From the NCBI GenBank assembly GCA_036262935.1, contig DATAHW010000058.1, positions 6,024-70,023 on the forward strand: a stretch of DNA of 64,000 bases, read 5' to 3'. The notes under the pieces were generated by a model that saw only the letters and a list, made by a program, of their open reading frames with translations, ran no database searches and was not told where the DNA came from. The stretch is from Gemmatimonadales bacterium. Its GTDB lineage: Bacteria > Gemmatimonadota > Gemmatimonadetes > Gemmatimonadales > GWC2-71-9. Positions within the stretch are counted from its first letter, which is position 1; each line of letters starts with the position of its first letter. A program made the translations under genes and the position numbers. Positions 25,465 to 34,387 of this stretch are shown here, piece after piece.

Positions 25465-26958
25465 ATGATCCCCCCTCGCCCCGTCATCGTCGGAACGGGC
25501 ATTGCCGGCCTCTGGACGGCCTGGCGACTCGCTTCGGAGGGGCGGGCGACCGTGCTGGTCACGAAGGAATCCCTGGCCGACAGCGCCAGCGCGTGGGCGC
25601 AGGGCGGAATCGCGGTGGCGCTCGGGCCGGGGGACAGTCCCAGCCAGCACGCCGCCGACACCCTCGCCGCCGGCGACGGCCTCGCCGATCCTGAAGCCGT
25701 CCGAATCCTCACCAGTGAAGGGCCGCAGCGAATCTACGAGCTCCTCGCGCTCGGGGCCCGGTTCGACCGCGGGAGCGACGGGCGGCTCCGGTTCGGACTG
25801 GAAGCGGCGCATACCCGGCCGAGGATCATCCATTCGGGTGGGGACCGGACCGGCGCGGCGCTGATCGGATGCCTGGCCCACGTGGTAGGGGCGCACCCGC
25901 TGGTCGAGCTGATCGAGCATACCGAGGTGACCCGGTTGCTGGAACAGGACGGGCGCGTCGCCGGGGTGGTGGCGCTGCCTCACGGGGGCGAGAGCTACGT
26001 GATTCCGAGCCCTGCGGTGATCCTGGCCACGGGCGGCGTCGGCCAGCTCTACGCGGTCACCACCAATCCCCAGGTGGCCACGGCAGATGGCTGGGCCGTC
26101 GCGCACCGGGCCGGTGTCCGGCTTCGCGACCTCGAGTTCCTGCAGTTCCATCCCACCGCGCTGAAGTTGCCCGCCGTAAACCCGGCGCCGCTCATCTCGG
26201 AGGCGGTCCGCGGCGCGGGGGCGCTGCTGGTGGATCGTGTGGGCAGGCGGTTCGCGCTCGACGTGGACGCCCGCGGCGAGCTCGCCCCGCGCGACATCGT
26301 GGCCCGGGCCGTGGCTGCGGCCGACGCGGCAGGCGGCGCGTGGCTCGACGCGCGACGGATCGACGACTTCCCCACCCTCTTTCCCGGGATCACCGCCATG
26401 CTGGCCCTCCACGGGCTCGACGCGGCGCGGGATCTCCTTCCGGTGGCGCCGGCGCTGCATTACGCGATGGGCGGGATCCAAACCGATCTCGAGGGCCGGG
26501 CCAGCGTTTCCGGACTGTGGGCCGTGGGCGAGGTGGCCTCGACGGGCGTGCACGGGGCCAACCGCCTTGCCTCCAACTCGCTCCTCGAAGGGCTGGTCTT
26601 CGCCCACCGGGCCGGCGGCAGCGTCAGCTCGGCGGTCGAGGCGCCGAAAGGCGCCCCGCCCGAGGCAGCGGCCGAGCGCGACAGCGGCGCCGACGACTCG
26701 TGCGGCGGCATCCGGCAGGAGATGCGCGAGCTCATGACCGCCAGCGTCGGCGTGCAGCGGAGCGAGACCTCGCTGCTCCACGCCGAACGGGAGCTCGAGC
26801 GCCTGACCGGCGCCACCCCGGTGACGGCGTGGCGCACGCGGAATCAGCTCCTGGTGGCACGGCTGATCACCCAGGCAGCCCGACGCCGCCGCGAGAGCCG
26901 CGGCGGCCACCGGCGGCTGGACTATCCGCCACCCGTCTTCACCCGGGAGAGCGCGTGA
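25465..26958 (+). CDS. nadB: L-aspartate oxidase
   Basis: FAD-binding N-terminus VIVGTGIAGL and family motifs (HYAMGGI, NRLASNSLLEG). It is the first gene of a nadB-nadA-nadC operon. Confidence 0.85.
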   Translation: MIPPRPVIVGTGIAGLWTAWRLASEGRATVLVTKESLADSASAWAQGGIAVALGPGDSPSQHAADTLAAGDGLADPEAVRILTSEGPQRIYELLALGARFDRGSDGRLRFGLEAAHTRPRIIHSGGDRTGAALIGCLAHVVGAHPLVELIEHTEVTRLLEQDGRVAGVVALPHGGESYVIPSPAVILATGGVGQLYAVTTNPQVATADGWAVAHRAGVRLRDLEFLQFHPTALKLPAVNPAPLISEAVRGAGALLVDRVGRRFALDVDARGELAPRDIVARAVAAADAAGGAWLDARRIDDFPTLFPGITAMLALHGLDAARDLLPVAPALHYAMGGIQTDLEGRASVSGLWAVGEVASTGVHGANRLASNSLLEGLVFAHRAGGSVSSAVEAPKGAPPEAAAERDSGADDSCGGIRQEMRELMTASVGVQRSETSLLHAERELERLTGATPVTAWRTRNQLLVARLITQAARRRRESRGGHRRLDYPPPVFTRESA

Positions 26959-27950
26959 CCATCGCCCTGCCCGTCATCGAGCGGCTGGAACAGTCGCCGG
27001 CGGAGATCGCCGCGCTGCAGGCGGAGATCCACGAGCTGGCACGGGCGCGGAACGCCGTCGTGCTCGCCCACAACTATCAGCGGCCCGAGGTGCAGGACGT
27101 GGCCGACTACGTGGGCGACTCGCTCGGCCTCTCACGCCAGGCCGCCGCCACCCCGGCGGAGGTCATCATCTTCGCCGGCGTGCATTTCATGGCGGAGACC
27201 GCGGCGATCCTGTCGCCCACGAAACGGGTCCTGCTGCCCGATCTTCGGGCCGGCTGCTCGCTCGCGGCCACGGTGACGGCGGAGGACGTGCGCCGCTGGA
27301 AGGCGGAGTTTCCCGACTACATCGCCGTGGGCTACGTCAACACGACGGCGGAGGTGAAGGCGGAGCTCGACTACTGCTGCACCAGCGGCAACGTGCTCGA
27401 GGTGATCGACGCCATCCCCGAGGACAAGGGCATCCTCTTTCTCCCCGACTTCTTCCTCGGCGCCCACGTCCGCCGCATGCGTCCCGACCGCCGGGTCGAG
27501 GTCTGGATGGGCGAGTGCCACGTGCACAAGGGAATCCGCGCGGAGACGCTGAACGCCGCGCGGGAGCGCTATCCCGACGCCGAGGTGCTGGTCCACCCGG
27601 AGTGCGGCTGCGCCGGGCAGCTCATCTACGAGATGGGACGGGGCGACATCCGGCCCGAGGGGCTGCACATCGCCTCCACCGAGGGAATGATCCGTGCGGT
27701 CACGGCGCGGCCGGTCGACCGCTTCATCGTGGCGACCGAGACCGGGATCATGCACCGCATGGAGCAGATGGCGCCGGAGAAAGAGTTCATCGCGGCCGAC
27801 CCCGAGGCGCAGTGCGCCTTCATGAAGACGATCACGCTGGCCAACGTGCGCGATGCGCTCGCGCTCGACCGCTACCACATCACCGTCCCTCCCGACATCG
27901 CGGCGCGTGCGCGCGGCGCCATCGACCGCATGGTGGCCCTCGGGAAGTGA
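26955..27950 (+). CDS. nadA: Quinolinate synthase
   Basis: GTGA overlap with nadB. Motifs VLAHNYQRPEVQDVAD, FMAETAAILSP, ECHVHK. 331 aa. Confidence 0.85.
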   Translation: MTIALPVIERLEQSPAEIAALQAEIHELARARNAVVLAHNYQRPEVQDVADYVGDSLGLSRQAAATPAEVIIFAGVHFMAETAAILSPTKRVLLPDLRAGCSLAATVTAEDVRRWKAEFPDYIAVGYVNTTAEVKAELDYCCTSGNVLEVIDAIPEDKGILFLPDFFLGAHVRRMRPDRRVEVWMGECHVHKGIRAETLNAARERYPDAEVLVHPECGCAGQLIYEMGRGDIRPEGLHIASTEGMIRAVTARPVDRFIVATETGIMHRMEQMAPEKEFIAADPEAQCAFMKTITLANVRDALALDRYHITVPPDIAARARGAIDRMVALGK

Positions 27951-28789
27951 GCGCCGACCCGGCGCGCATTGCCGCCCTGGCTCTCGCCGAGGATGGCGAG
28001 AGCGACATCACCACCGCCGTCACGGTCCCCGCGGGACTCCAGGCCGAGGGAATCATCGAGTACCGCAGCGGCGGCGTGCTGGCCGGCGCCGCGTACGCCG
28101 ACGCCGTGGCCCACGCGTGCGACTGCCGGGTCGAGTGGCGCGCCGCCGATGGCCGCCCCGTGCGCGCGGGCGCGGTCGTGGGGCTGCTGCGCGGCTCCCT
28201 CGCGCGGATCCTTCGGGCCGAGCGCCCGATGCTCAACCTGCTGCAGCGGGCGTCGGGCATCGCCACGAGCACCCGTGCCTATGTGGATGCCGTGGCCGGC
28301 ACCCGCTGCCGCATCCTCCACACGCGGAAGACCGCGCCCGGTCTTCGCGCGCTGGACATCGCCGCCGTGCTCGCCGGGGGAGGCACACGGCACCGGGCGG
28401 ACCTGGGCCACGAATTAATGGTGAAGGACAATCACTGGCGCGCGCTGGTCCGGGGCGGCGGGACGCTCGCGGCGGCGCTGGAAGCGGCGCGGCAGCGGGG
28501 GATCACGGCACTGCAGGTGGAGGTCGAGTCCGTTGGCCAACTGGAGGAGGCCTGCGCCGCCGGCGCGACGCGGCTGCTGGTGGACAACCAGACGCCGGAC
28601 ACCCTGGCGCTCTGGGCCGAGCGGGCGCGGTCGCTGCGGCCGGGGATCGAGATCGAGGCGACGGGCGGGATCACGCTGTCGAACGTGAGGGCCTATGCCG
28701 AGGCGGGAGCGGACTTCGTCTCGATCGGGGCGCTGACGCACAGCGTGGTGGCAGCGGATCTGGCGATCGAAGTGCGCGTGCTCGGGTAG
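27947..28789 (+). CDS. nadC: Nicotinate-nucleotide pyrophosphorylase (carboxylating)
   Basis: GTGA overlap with nadA. Motifs ERPMLNLLQRASGIAT, HTRKTAPGLR, MVKDNH, ATGGITL. Confidence 0.85.
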   Translation: MSADPARIAALALAEDGESDITTAVTVPAGLQAEGIIEYRSGGVLAGAAYADAVAHACDCRVEWRAADGRPVRAGAVVGLLRGSLARILRAERPMLNLLQRASGIATSTRAYVDAVAGTRCRILHTRKTAPGLRALDIAAVLAGGGTRHRADLGHELMVKDNHWRALVRGGGTLAAALEAARQRGITALQVEVESVGQLEEACAAGATRLLVDNQTPDTLALWAERARSLRPGIEIEATGGITLSNVRAYAEAGADFVSIGALTHSVVAADLAIEVRVLG

Positions 28790-28820
28790 CTTTCGTCGCT
28801 TCGGTGGAGATCGTTGCCGT

Positions 28821-28969
28821 TTCACCACAGAGGCACAGAGGGCACAGAGGGGGCTCGGGCCCGCGGCGCATCCGGGAGCGGAGCCACCACCAATTTGTTG
28901 GTGTTGTCCGGGTCCAAGGTGCCCTCCTGGTGTGGGAGCCCTCCGTTCTCTCTGTGCCTCTGTGGTGAA
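28821..28969. repeat. Family B palindromic repeat, copy B1 (TTCACCACAGAGGCACAGAGGGCACAGAGG ... CTCTCTGTGCCTCTGTGGTGAA)
   Basis: Terminal inverted arms of about 30 bp enclose about 90 bp that has its own inner palindrome (CACCACCAATTTGTTGGTGTTG). It lies between the convergent nadC and permease genes. Confidence 0.8.
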
Positions 28970-29009
28970 CGGCCGTACGGCTTCGAGGCCCGGCGAAACC
29001 GCAAGCTGC

Positions 29010-30371
29010 CTATTCCAACCCCAGTGCGGTCGCAGGCGCAGGGCCGCCCCATGTCCGCCAGAGGTAGTACACCGGAATCCCCACCAGAATGATCCCGAAC
29101 GTGATCCCGGTATTGACCGGATCGGTCCACAGCGCGTTCACCACCATCGCCACCGACGCGACGAGAAAGAGCAGCGGCACGACCGGATACCCCCACGTCC
29201 GGTACGGACGCGGCATGTCCGGCCGGGTGCGCCGGAGCACGAACACGGCCGCCACCGCGAGCGCGTAGAACGGCCAGATGCCCAGGATGAACTTGTCGGC
29301 CAGTTGCTGGAAGTCGTTGAACAGCACGTAGAGCATGCCCAGCGCCGTGGCGAGCCAGATGGCCACCGACGGGCTCTGGAAGCGGGGCGAGACGCGCGCG
29401 ATGGCGCGGAAGAAGAGCCCCCGGTCGGCCATGGCGAAGAAGATCCGCGGGCCGGTGATCATCGAGCCCGTGAGCGCGCCGAAGCACGAGAGCATGACGA
29501 TGCCGGAGATCACGGCGCCCCCCGCGCCCCCGAACAGCGGGATGCGGTCGGCCGCGGTGGCGGCGATGAGCTTGGAGCCGGCCATCTCGGGCAGCGGCAC
29601 CAGCCAGATGTAGGCGACGTTGAGCAGCAGGTAGACCAGGACGATCGCCGCCGTGCCGAGGATCAACGCCAGCGGCAGGGTGCGCGCGGGGTTCTTCACT
29701 TCGCCGCCGACGAACGACAGGTCCGCCCACCCGTCGTAGGTCCACATGATGGCGATGAGTGCCGTCCCCATGAGCGACAGGTCGAGCCCGCCCTCCCATG
29801 CCGGCGAGAAGTGGCCGGCGCTCCCCCTCCCGGCCGTGAAGGCCAGCAGGGCCAGCGCCGCGAGCGCGCCGTACTTGGCCACGGTGGTGAGGTTCATCAC
29901 GACGGCCGCGCTGCTCACCCCCACATAATTGAGTGTGCCCACCAGGAGCACCGCGCCCGCAGCCACCCACCGCACCTGGAGCGGTGACAGCTCGATGAAA
30001 TAGCCGAGATACTCGGCGAAGATGGTCGAAATGGCGCCGAGCGCCGACGCCCGGATGACGGTGAGCTCGGACCAGCCGAAGAGGAAGGCGGGGAGCGGCC
30101 CGAACCCCTCGAGGATGTAGGCGAAGACGCCCCCCGACCGGGGCAGCGCCGCCGCCAGCTCGGCATAGGTGAGCGCGCCGAACAGCGCGACCAGCCCGCC
30201 CACGACCCAGGCCAGGAGCACCGGCCCCGCCTGGTGCAGTTGGCCCGCGACGCCGGCCGGCACCCGGAAGATGCCGCTTCCAATGGTGGAGCCCACGAGG
30301 ACGGCGATGGCGCTCCCCAGACCCAGGTGGCGGGGGAGCCGCTCACCCCAGGCATCGCGCTGTGATGACAT
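29010..30371 (-). CDS. APC superfamily amino acid permease
   Basis: 453 aa with about 12 TM helices and an N-terminal GSTIGSGIF motif typical of APC transporters. Confidence 0.75.
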   Translation of the reverse strand: MSSQRDAWGERLPRHLGLGSAIAVLVGSTIGSGIFRVPAGVAGQLHQAGPVLLAWVVGGLVALFGALTYAELAAALPRSGGVFAYILEGFGPLPAFLFGWSELTVIRASALGAISTIFAEYLGYFIELSPLQVRWVAAGAVLLVGTLNYVGVSSAAVVMNLTTVAKYGALAALALLAFTAGRGSAGHFSPAWEGGLDLSLMGTALIAIMWTYDGWADLSFVGGEVKNPARTLPLALILGTAAIVLVYLLLNVAYIWLVPLPEMAGSKLIAATAADRIPLFGGAGGAVISGIVMLSCFGALTGSMITGPRIFFAMADRGLFFRAIARVSPRFQSPSVAIWLATALGMLYVLFNDFQQLADKFILGIWPFYALAVAAVFVLRRTRPDMPRPYRTWGYPVVPLLFLVASVAMVVNALWTDPVNTGITFGIILVGIPVYYLWRTWGGPAPATALGLE

Positions 30372-30424
30372 GAGCTAAATATAGGCTTGACAACGCTCTG
30401 CCGGATAGGTTCTTTCCCCGCGTT

Positions 30425-32332
30425 ATGACGAGTTCCACCCCCGATCGGGCGCTCCTGCTGCGCCGCCTGGCCTGGACCGGCGCGGTCCTGGCGCTCGGCC
30501 TCATTGTGCTCGGCGGCGTCGTCCGGATCACCGGTTCCGGCCTCGGCTGCGGCGAGCACTGGCCCCGCTGCAACGGGGAGTGGTTCCCGCCGCTCGACCT
30601 TCCCACCATGATCGAGATCGGCCACCGCTGGGCGGCGGCCCTGGTGAGCGTCTTCGTCCTGGCCGTGGCCGTCGTCGCGTGGCGGCGGCACCGGCAGGAG
30701 CCGGCCCTCCGGAACCCGGCGCTCCTTGCCCTGGTGCTGCTGGTGGTTCAGGTGCTGCTGGGGGCGGTCACGGTCAAGCTGTCGCTGCCGCCCTGGGTGA
30801 TCATCACCCATCTGGCCAACGCCATGCTGCTGCTCGCCACGCTCATCGTGGTGGGGCTCAGGGCCGGGGCGCCCGAGGGGCCGGCGCCACCCAGGCTCGA
30901 GGCGCGCCACCACGCGCACCGGCTGGTCGTGGCGACGGCGGCGTTCGGATTCGTCGTGATTCTGTTCGGCGCCCAGGTCGCCAACTTCCACGCCGGCCTG
31001 TTCTGCCTGGGCTTCCCGCTGTGCGACGGGGCCATCCTGCCGCCGGCCTCCGCGCGCGGAACGCTCCACTGGTCGCACCGGGTACTGGCCTACCTGTTCC
31101 TCGGGCTGGCCGTGATGATGGTGGCCCGGGTGAGCCGGCGACACGACTCGGCGAGCCGTGAGCTTCGGCGCGCAGCAGGGATGGTGCTCGCGGCAACCGT
31201 GGCGCAGATCGCCGTGGGCGGAGCCATGGTGCTCCACCTGCTGCCCCCCGCGCTGCGGGCCCTCCACCTGCTGGTCGGAACGCTCGTCTGGGCCGCGTTG
31301 GTGGTGCTGGTGTTCCATTCCCGGCGGACTCCGGCCGCGGAACCCGCACCGGCGGACGCGGTGCCGGGCCCGCGGCGGCCCTCGCTCGCCTCCGACATGG
31401 TGACGCTCACCAAGCCGCGCATCATCTCGCTGCTCCTGGTCACCACGATCGCACCGATGTTCATCACCCCTGCGGGCCTCCCGACCTGGAGCCAGCTCTT
31501 CTGGGTGACCGTGGGCGGCTACCTGATGGCCGGCGGGGCCAACACGATCAATATGTGGTTCGACCGGGATATCGACACCCGGATGACGCGCACGAAGCTC
31601 CGGCCCATCCCGGCGGGCCGTGTCTCGGCGGGGTTCGGCCTGGCGTTCGGGGTGACGCTCGGCATCGCGGCGTTCGCCATCTTCTGGTATCGGGTCAACG
31701 AGCTGAGCGCCTGGCTGGCGCTCGCCGGGCTGCTGTTCTACGTCTTCATCTATACCATGTGGCTCAAGCGCACGAGCCCGCAGAACATCGTGATCGGCGG
31801 CGCGGCCGGTGCATTCCCCCCGCTGGTGGGCTGGGCGGCAATGACGGGGCGAATCGACCTCGCCGCGGTGTACCTCTTCGCCATCATCTTCTACTGGACC
31901 CCGCCGCACTTCTGGGCGCTGGCGCTGATCAAGCAGGCAGACTACGCGCGCGCCGGCATCCCCATGATGCCGGTGGTTCGGGGCGAAGCGCGCACCAAGT
32001 ACGAGATGCTGGTCTACACGCTGATGCTGCTGCCGCTCACCATCATGCCGACCTTCTTCGGCGCGCTCGGCCCCTTCTATGGGGTGGCGGCGGCGATCCT
32101 GGGCGCGCGGCTGCTGTGGTACTGCATCCGGCTCAGGCGCGAGCGGTCGGTGACGCCGGTGGCGTGGCAGATGTACAAGTACTCCCTGCTGTACCTGGCG
32201 CTGCTCTTTGCGGCGATGGGGATCGATCGCGCGCTGCCGTTCGGCCACCGGGCGGAGGCGCACGACGTCATCATCCTCGACCAGCCCGGCGAGGAGCTCG
32301 CGACGCCGGCCGGGGCGCACGTCCATCCTTGA
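30425..32332 (+). CDS. ctaA-ctaB: Fused heme A synthase (CtaA/COX15) and protoheme IX farnesyltransferase (CtaB/CyoE)
   Basis: The N-terminal half carries COX15 motifs (VRITGSGLGCGEHWPRCNG, paired His-containing helices). The C-terminal half carries UbiA-type motifs (GGANTINMWFDRDIDTRMTRT, YWTPPHFWALAL). It is one uninterrupted 635-codon frame. Confidence 0.8.
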   Translation: MTSSTPDRALLLRRLAWTGAVLALGLIVLGGVVRITGSGLGCGEHWPRCNGEWFPPLDLPTMIEIGHRWAAALVSVFVLAVAVVAWRRHRQEPALRNPALLALVLLVVQVLLGAVTVKLSLPPWVIITHLANAMLLLATLIVVGLRAGAPEGPAPPRLEARHHAHRLVVATAAFGFVVILFGAQVANFHAGLFCLGFPLCDGAILPPASARGTLHWSHRVLAYLFLGLAVMMVARVSRRHDSASRELRRAAGMVLAATVAQIAVGGAMVLHLLPPALRALHLLVGTLVWAALVVLVFHSRRTPAAEPAPADAVPGPRRPSLASDMVTLTKPRIISLLLVTTIAPMFITPAGLPTWSQLFWVTVGGYLMAGGANTINMWFDRDIDTRMTRTKLRPIPAGRVSAGFGLAFGVTLGIAAFAIFWYRVNELSAWLALAGLLFYVFIYTMWLKRTSPQNIVIGGAAGAFPPLVGWAAMTGRIDLAAVYLFAIIFYWTPPHFWALALIKQADYARAGIPMMPVVRGEARTKYEMLVYTLMLLPLTIMPTFFGALGPFYGVAAAILGARLLWYCIRLRRERSVTPVAWQMYKYSLLYLALLFAAMGIDRALPFGHRAEAHDVIILDQPGEELATPAGAHVHP

Positions 32333-32358
32333 GCGCATCGTTCACTCTGAGCGCCCTG

Positions 32359-32458
32359 TTCACCACAGAGGCACAGAGGGCACAGAGGTGCACGGAGACC
32401 ACAAACAAGCTCTTGTTTGCTCCGTGTGCCTCTGTTCCCTCTCTGCCTCTGTGGTGAA
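32359..32458. repeat. Family B palindromic repeat, copy B2 (about 100-bp near-perfect hairpin)
   Basis: It has the same terminal arms as B1 and the inner stem CACGGAG..CAAACAAG-CT-CTTGTTTG-CTCCGTG. It lies between ctaAB and the ABC exporter. Confidence 0.8.
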
Positions 32459-32476
32459 CTCCGTCACACGGGTCTC

Positions 32477-34303
32477 ATGACGGAATCTGAACCAGGCAAG
32501 GGACCGCGCAGCCGCCGTCTGCCGAAGCCGGGCCGGCTCGTGCGGCTCTGGCCCAGGGTCCGGCCGTACCGTGGCCTGCTGCTGGGCGCCACCGCCGCGC
32601 TGGTGCTGAGCAGCCTAGCGAGCCTGGCCTTTCCGATGGTGGTGAAGTACCTGCTCGATGCCGCGTTCGTGAACCACGACCGGGCGCTGCTCGACCGCAT
32701 CGCCCTGGGGCTGGTGGGGCTCTTCTGCGTGCAGGCGGTGCTCAACTACATCCAGACCTATCTGCTGAGCGCCGCGGGCGAGCAGGCGGTCGCGGGCCTC
32801 CGCCGAGAGCTGTTCTCGCGGCTGCTCGACATGCCGCCCGGGTTCTTCGCCGAGCGGCGGACGGGCGAGCTGACCAGCCGGCTCACGGTGGACATCGGCC
32901 TGCTGCAGAGCGTGCTGAGTCACCAGGTCTCCGAGTTCGCCCGGCAGGTGCTGGCGCTGGTGGGCGGCGTCGTCCTGCTCACCTGGCTGCAGCCCACGCT
33001 CGCCCTCACGGCGCTGGGGGTGGCGCCGGTGGTCGTAGGGACGGCGCTGATCTTCGGCAAGCGGCTCCGCCGGATGACCACGGGCGTCCAGGACCGGATC
33101 GCGGAGGCGAGCGCGGTGGCGGAGGAGGCATTCTCCCAGATTCGAACCGTGCAGAGCTTCGTGCAGGAGCCGGCGGAGCGCGAACGCTACGGCGACCGCA
33201 TCGATGCGAGCGTCCGGACCGCGCTGCAACGCGCCAACGTCCGGGGCGTGTTCTTCGGCATGCTCACCTTTTCGACCTTTGCCGGGATCGTCTTCGTGCT
33301 CTGGCAGGGCGGCCTGCTGGTGCTGGACGGGAAGCTCACGGCTGGGGCGCTGGTCTCCTTCCTCTTATATACCATCACGATCGCCGCCTCGATCGGCGCG
33401 CTGGCCACCTCGTTCACGACGTACCAGGAGGCGGTGGGCGCGGCCGAGCGGGTGTTCGAGATCCTGGAGATGTCGCCGGAGATCGCCGATCCGGCCCAGC
33501 CGGCGTCGCTACCCGTGCAGGTGCGCGGGCGGGTGGCGTACGAGGACGTGAGCTTCCGCTATCAGGCGGAGCCGGACGCACCCTGGACGCTCGACGGCAT
33601 CAACCTGTCGGTGGCGCCCGGCGAGATCGTGGCGCTGGTGGGACCCTCGGGCGCGGGGAAGACGACGCTGGTCTCGCTGCTGCCGCGGTTCTGGGACGTG
33701 AACCGCGGCCGGATCACGCTGGACGGCGTGGACATCCGCGCCCTCCGGCTGGCCGATCTCCGCGGCGCGATCGGGATCGTGCCGCAGGAGCCGGCGCTGT
33801 TCAGCGGGACGATCCGAGAGAACATCGCGTACGCGCGCCCGAGCGCGACGGACGCGGAGGTCGAAGCGGCGGCGCGGGCCGCCCACGCGCACGAGTTCGT
33901 GGAGCGCCTGGCGCTCGGCTATGAAACCCTGGTGGGCGAGCGCGGGATCAAGCTGAGCGGCGGGCAGCGGCAACGGGTGGCCATCGCCCGGGCCATCCTC
34001 AAGGACCCGGCGGTGCTCATCCTGGACGAGGCCACGAGCAACCTGGACACCGAGAGCGAGCGGCTGATCGAGGATGCCCTCTCCCGGCTGCTCGTGGGAC
34101 GGACGACCCTGATCATCGCTCACCGCCTCAGCACGGTGCAGCGGGCCGACCGGCTCGTGGTGCTGGAGCACGGGCGGGTGGTGGAGGAGGGGACGCACGG
34201 GGAGCTGCTGGCGCTGGGCGGGTTGTACGCGCGGCTCTATCAGCGGCAGTTTAGGGATGGGGCAGGGGTACCGCTGCTTGAATCGCCGTCGTTCGGCGGG
34301 TAA
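32477..34303 (+). CDS. ABC exporter, fused permease/ATPase (MsbA-like)
   Basis: I prefer the ATG at 32477, because the ORF-track start lies inside repeat B2. There are 6 TM helices followed by Walker A GPSGAGKTT, signature LSGGQRQR and Walker B LILDEATS. Confidence 0.8.
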   Translation: MTESEPGKGPRSRRLPKPGRLVRLWPRVRPYRGLLLGATAALVLSSLASLAFPMVVKYLLDAAFVNHDRALLDRIALGLVGLFCVQAVLNYIQTYLLSAAGEQAVAGLRRELFSRLLDMPPGFFAERRTGELTSRLTVDIGLLQSVLSHQVSEFARQVLALVGGVVLLTWLQPTLALTALGVAPVVVGTALIFGKRLRRMTTGVQDRIAEASAVAEEAFSQIRTVQSFVQEPAERERYGDRIDASVRTALQRANVRGVFFGMLTFSTFAGIVFVLWQGGLLVLDGKLTAGALVSFLLYTITIAASIGALATSFTTYQEAVGAAERVFEILEMSPEIADPAQPASLPVQVRGRVAYEDVSFRYQAEPDAPWTLDGINLSVAPGEIVALVGPSGAGKTTLVSLLPRFWDVNRGRITLDGVDIRALRLADLRGAIGIVPQEPALFSGTIRENIAYARPSATDAEVEAAARAAHAHEFVERLALGYETLVGERGIKLSGGQRQRVAIARAILKDPAVLILDEATSNLDTESERLIEDALSRLLVGRTTLIIAHRLSTVQRADRLVVLEHGRVVEEGTHGELLALGGLYARLYQRQFRDGAGVPLLESPSFGG

Positions 34304-34325
34304 CAGGACGGACGGGAGGGAAGCA

Positions 34326-34359
34326 CACCGCCCCGCGGATGTCGATCCGCGGGGCGGTG
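34326..34359. terminator. Bidirectional terminator-like hairpin (15-bp perfect stem, 4-nt loop) between convergent genes
   Basis: CACCGCCCCGCGGAT-GTCG-ATCCGCGGGGCGGTG, read directly. Confidence 0.6.
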
Positions 34360-34387
34360 TCGTCCGTGCTGGCCCTCAGACCGGGGC

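Noticed and set aside
30372-30424. TTGACA at 30387-30392, considered as the -35 hexamer of a ctaAB promoter.
   Set aside because: No acceptable -10 hexamer lies at a 16-19-nt spacing (TTCTTT at 17 nt is poor), and the ATG is only 33 nt away. The evidence is too weak to call.
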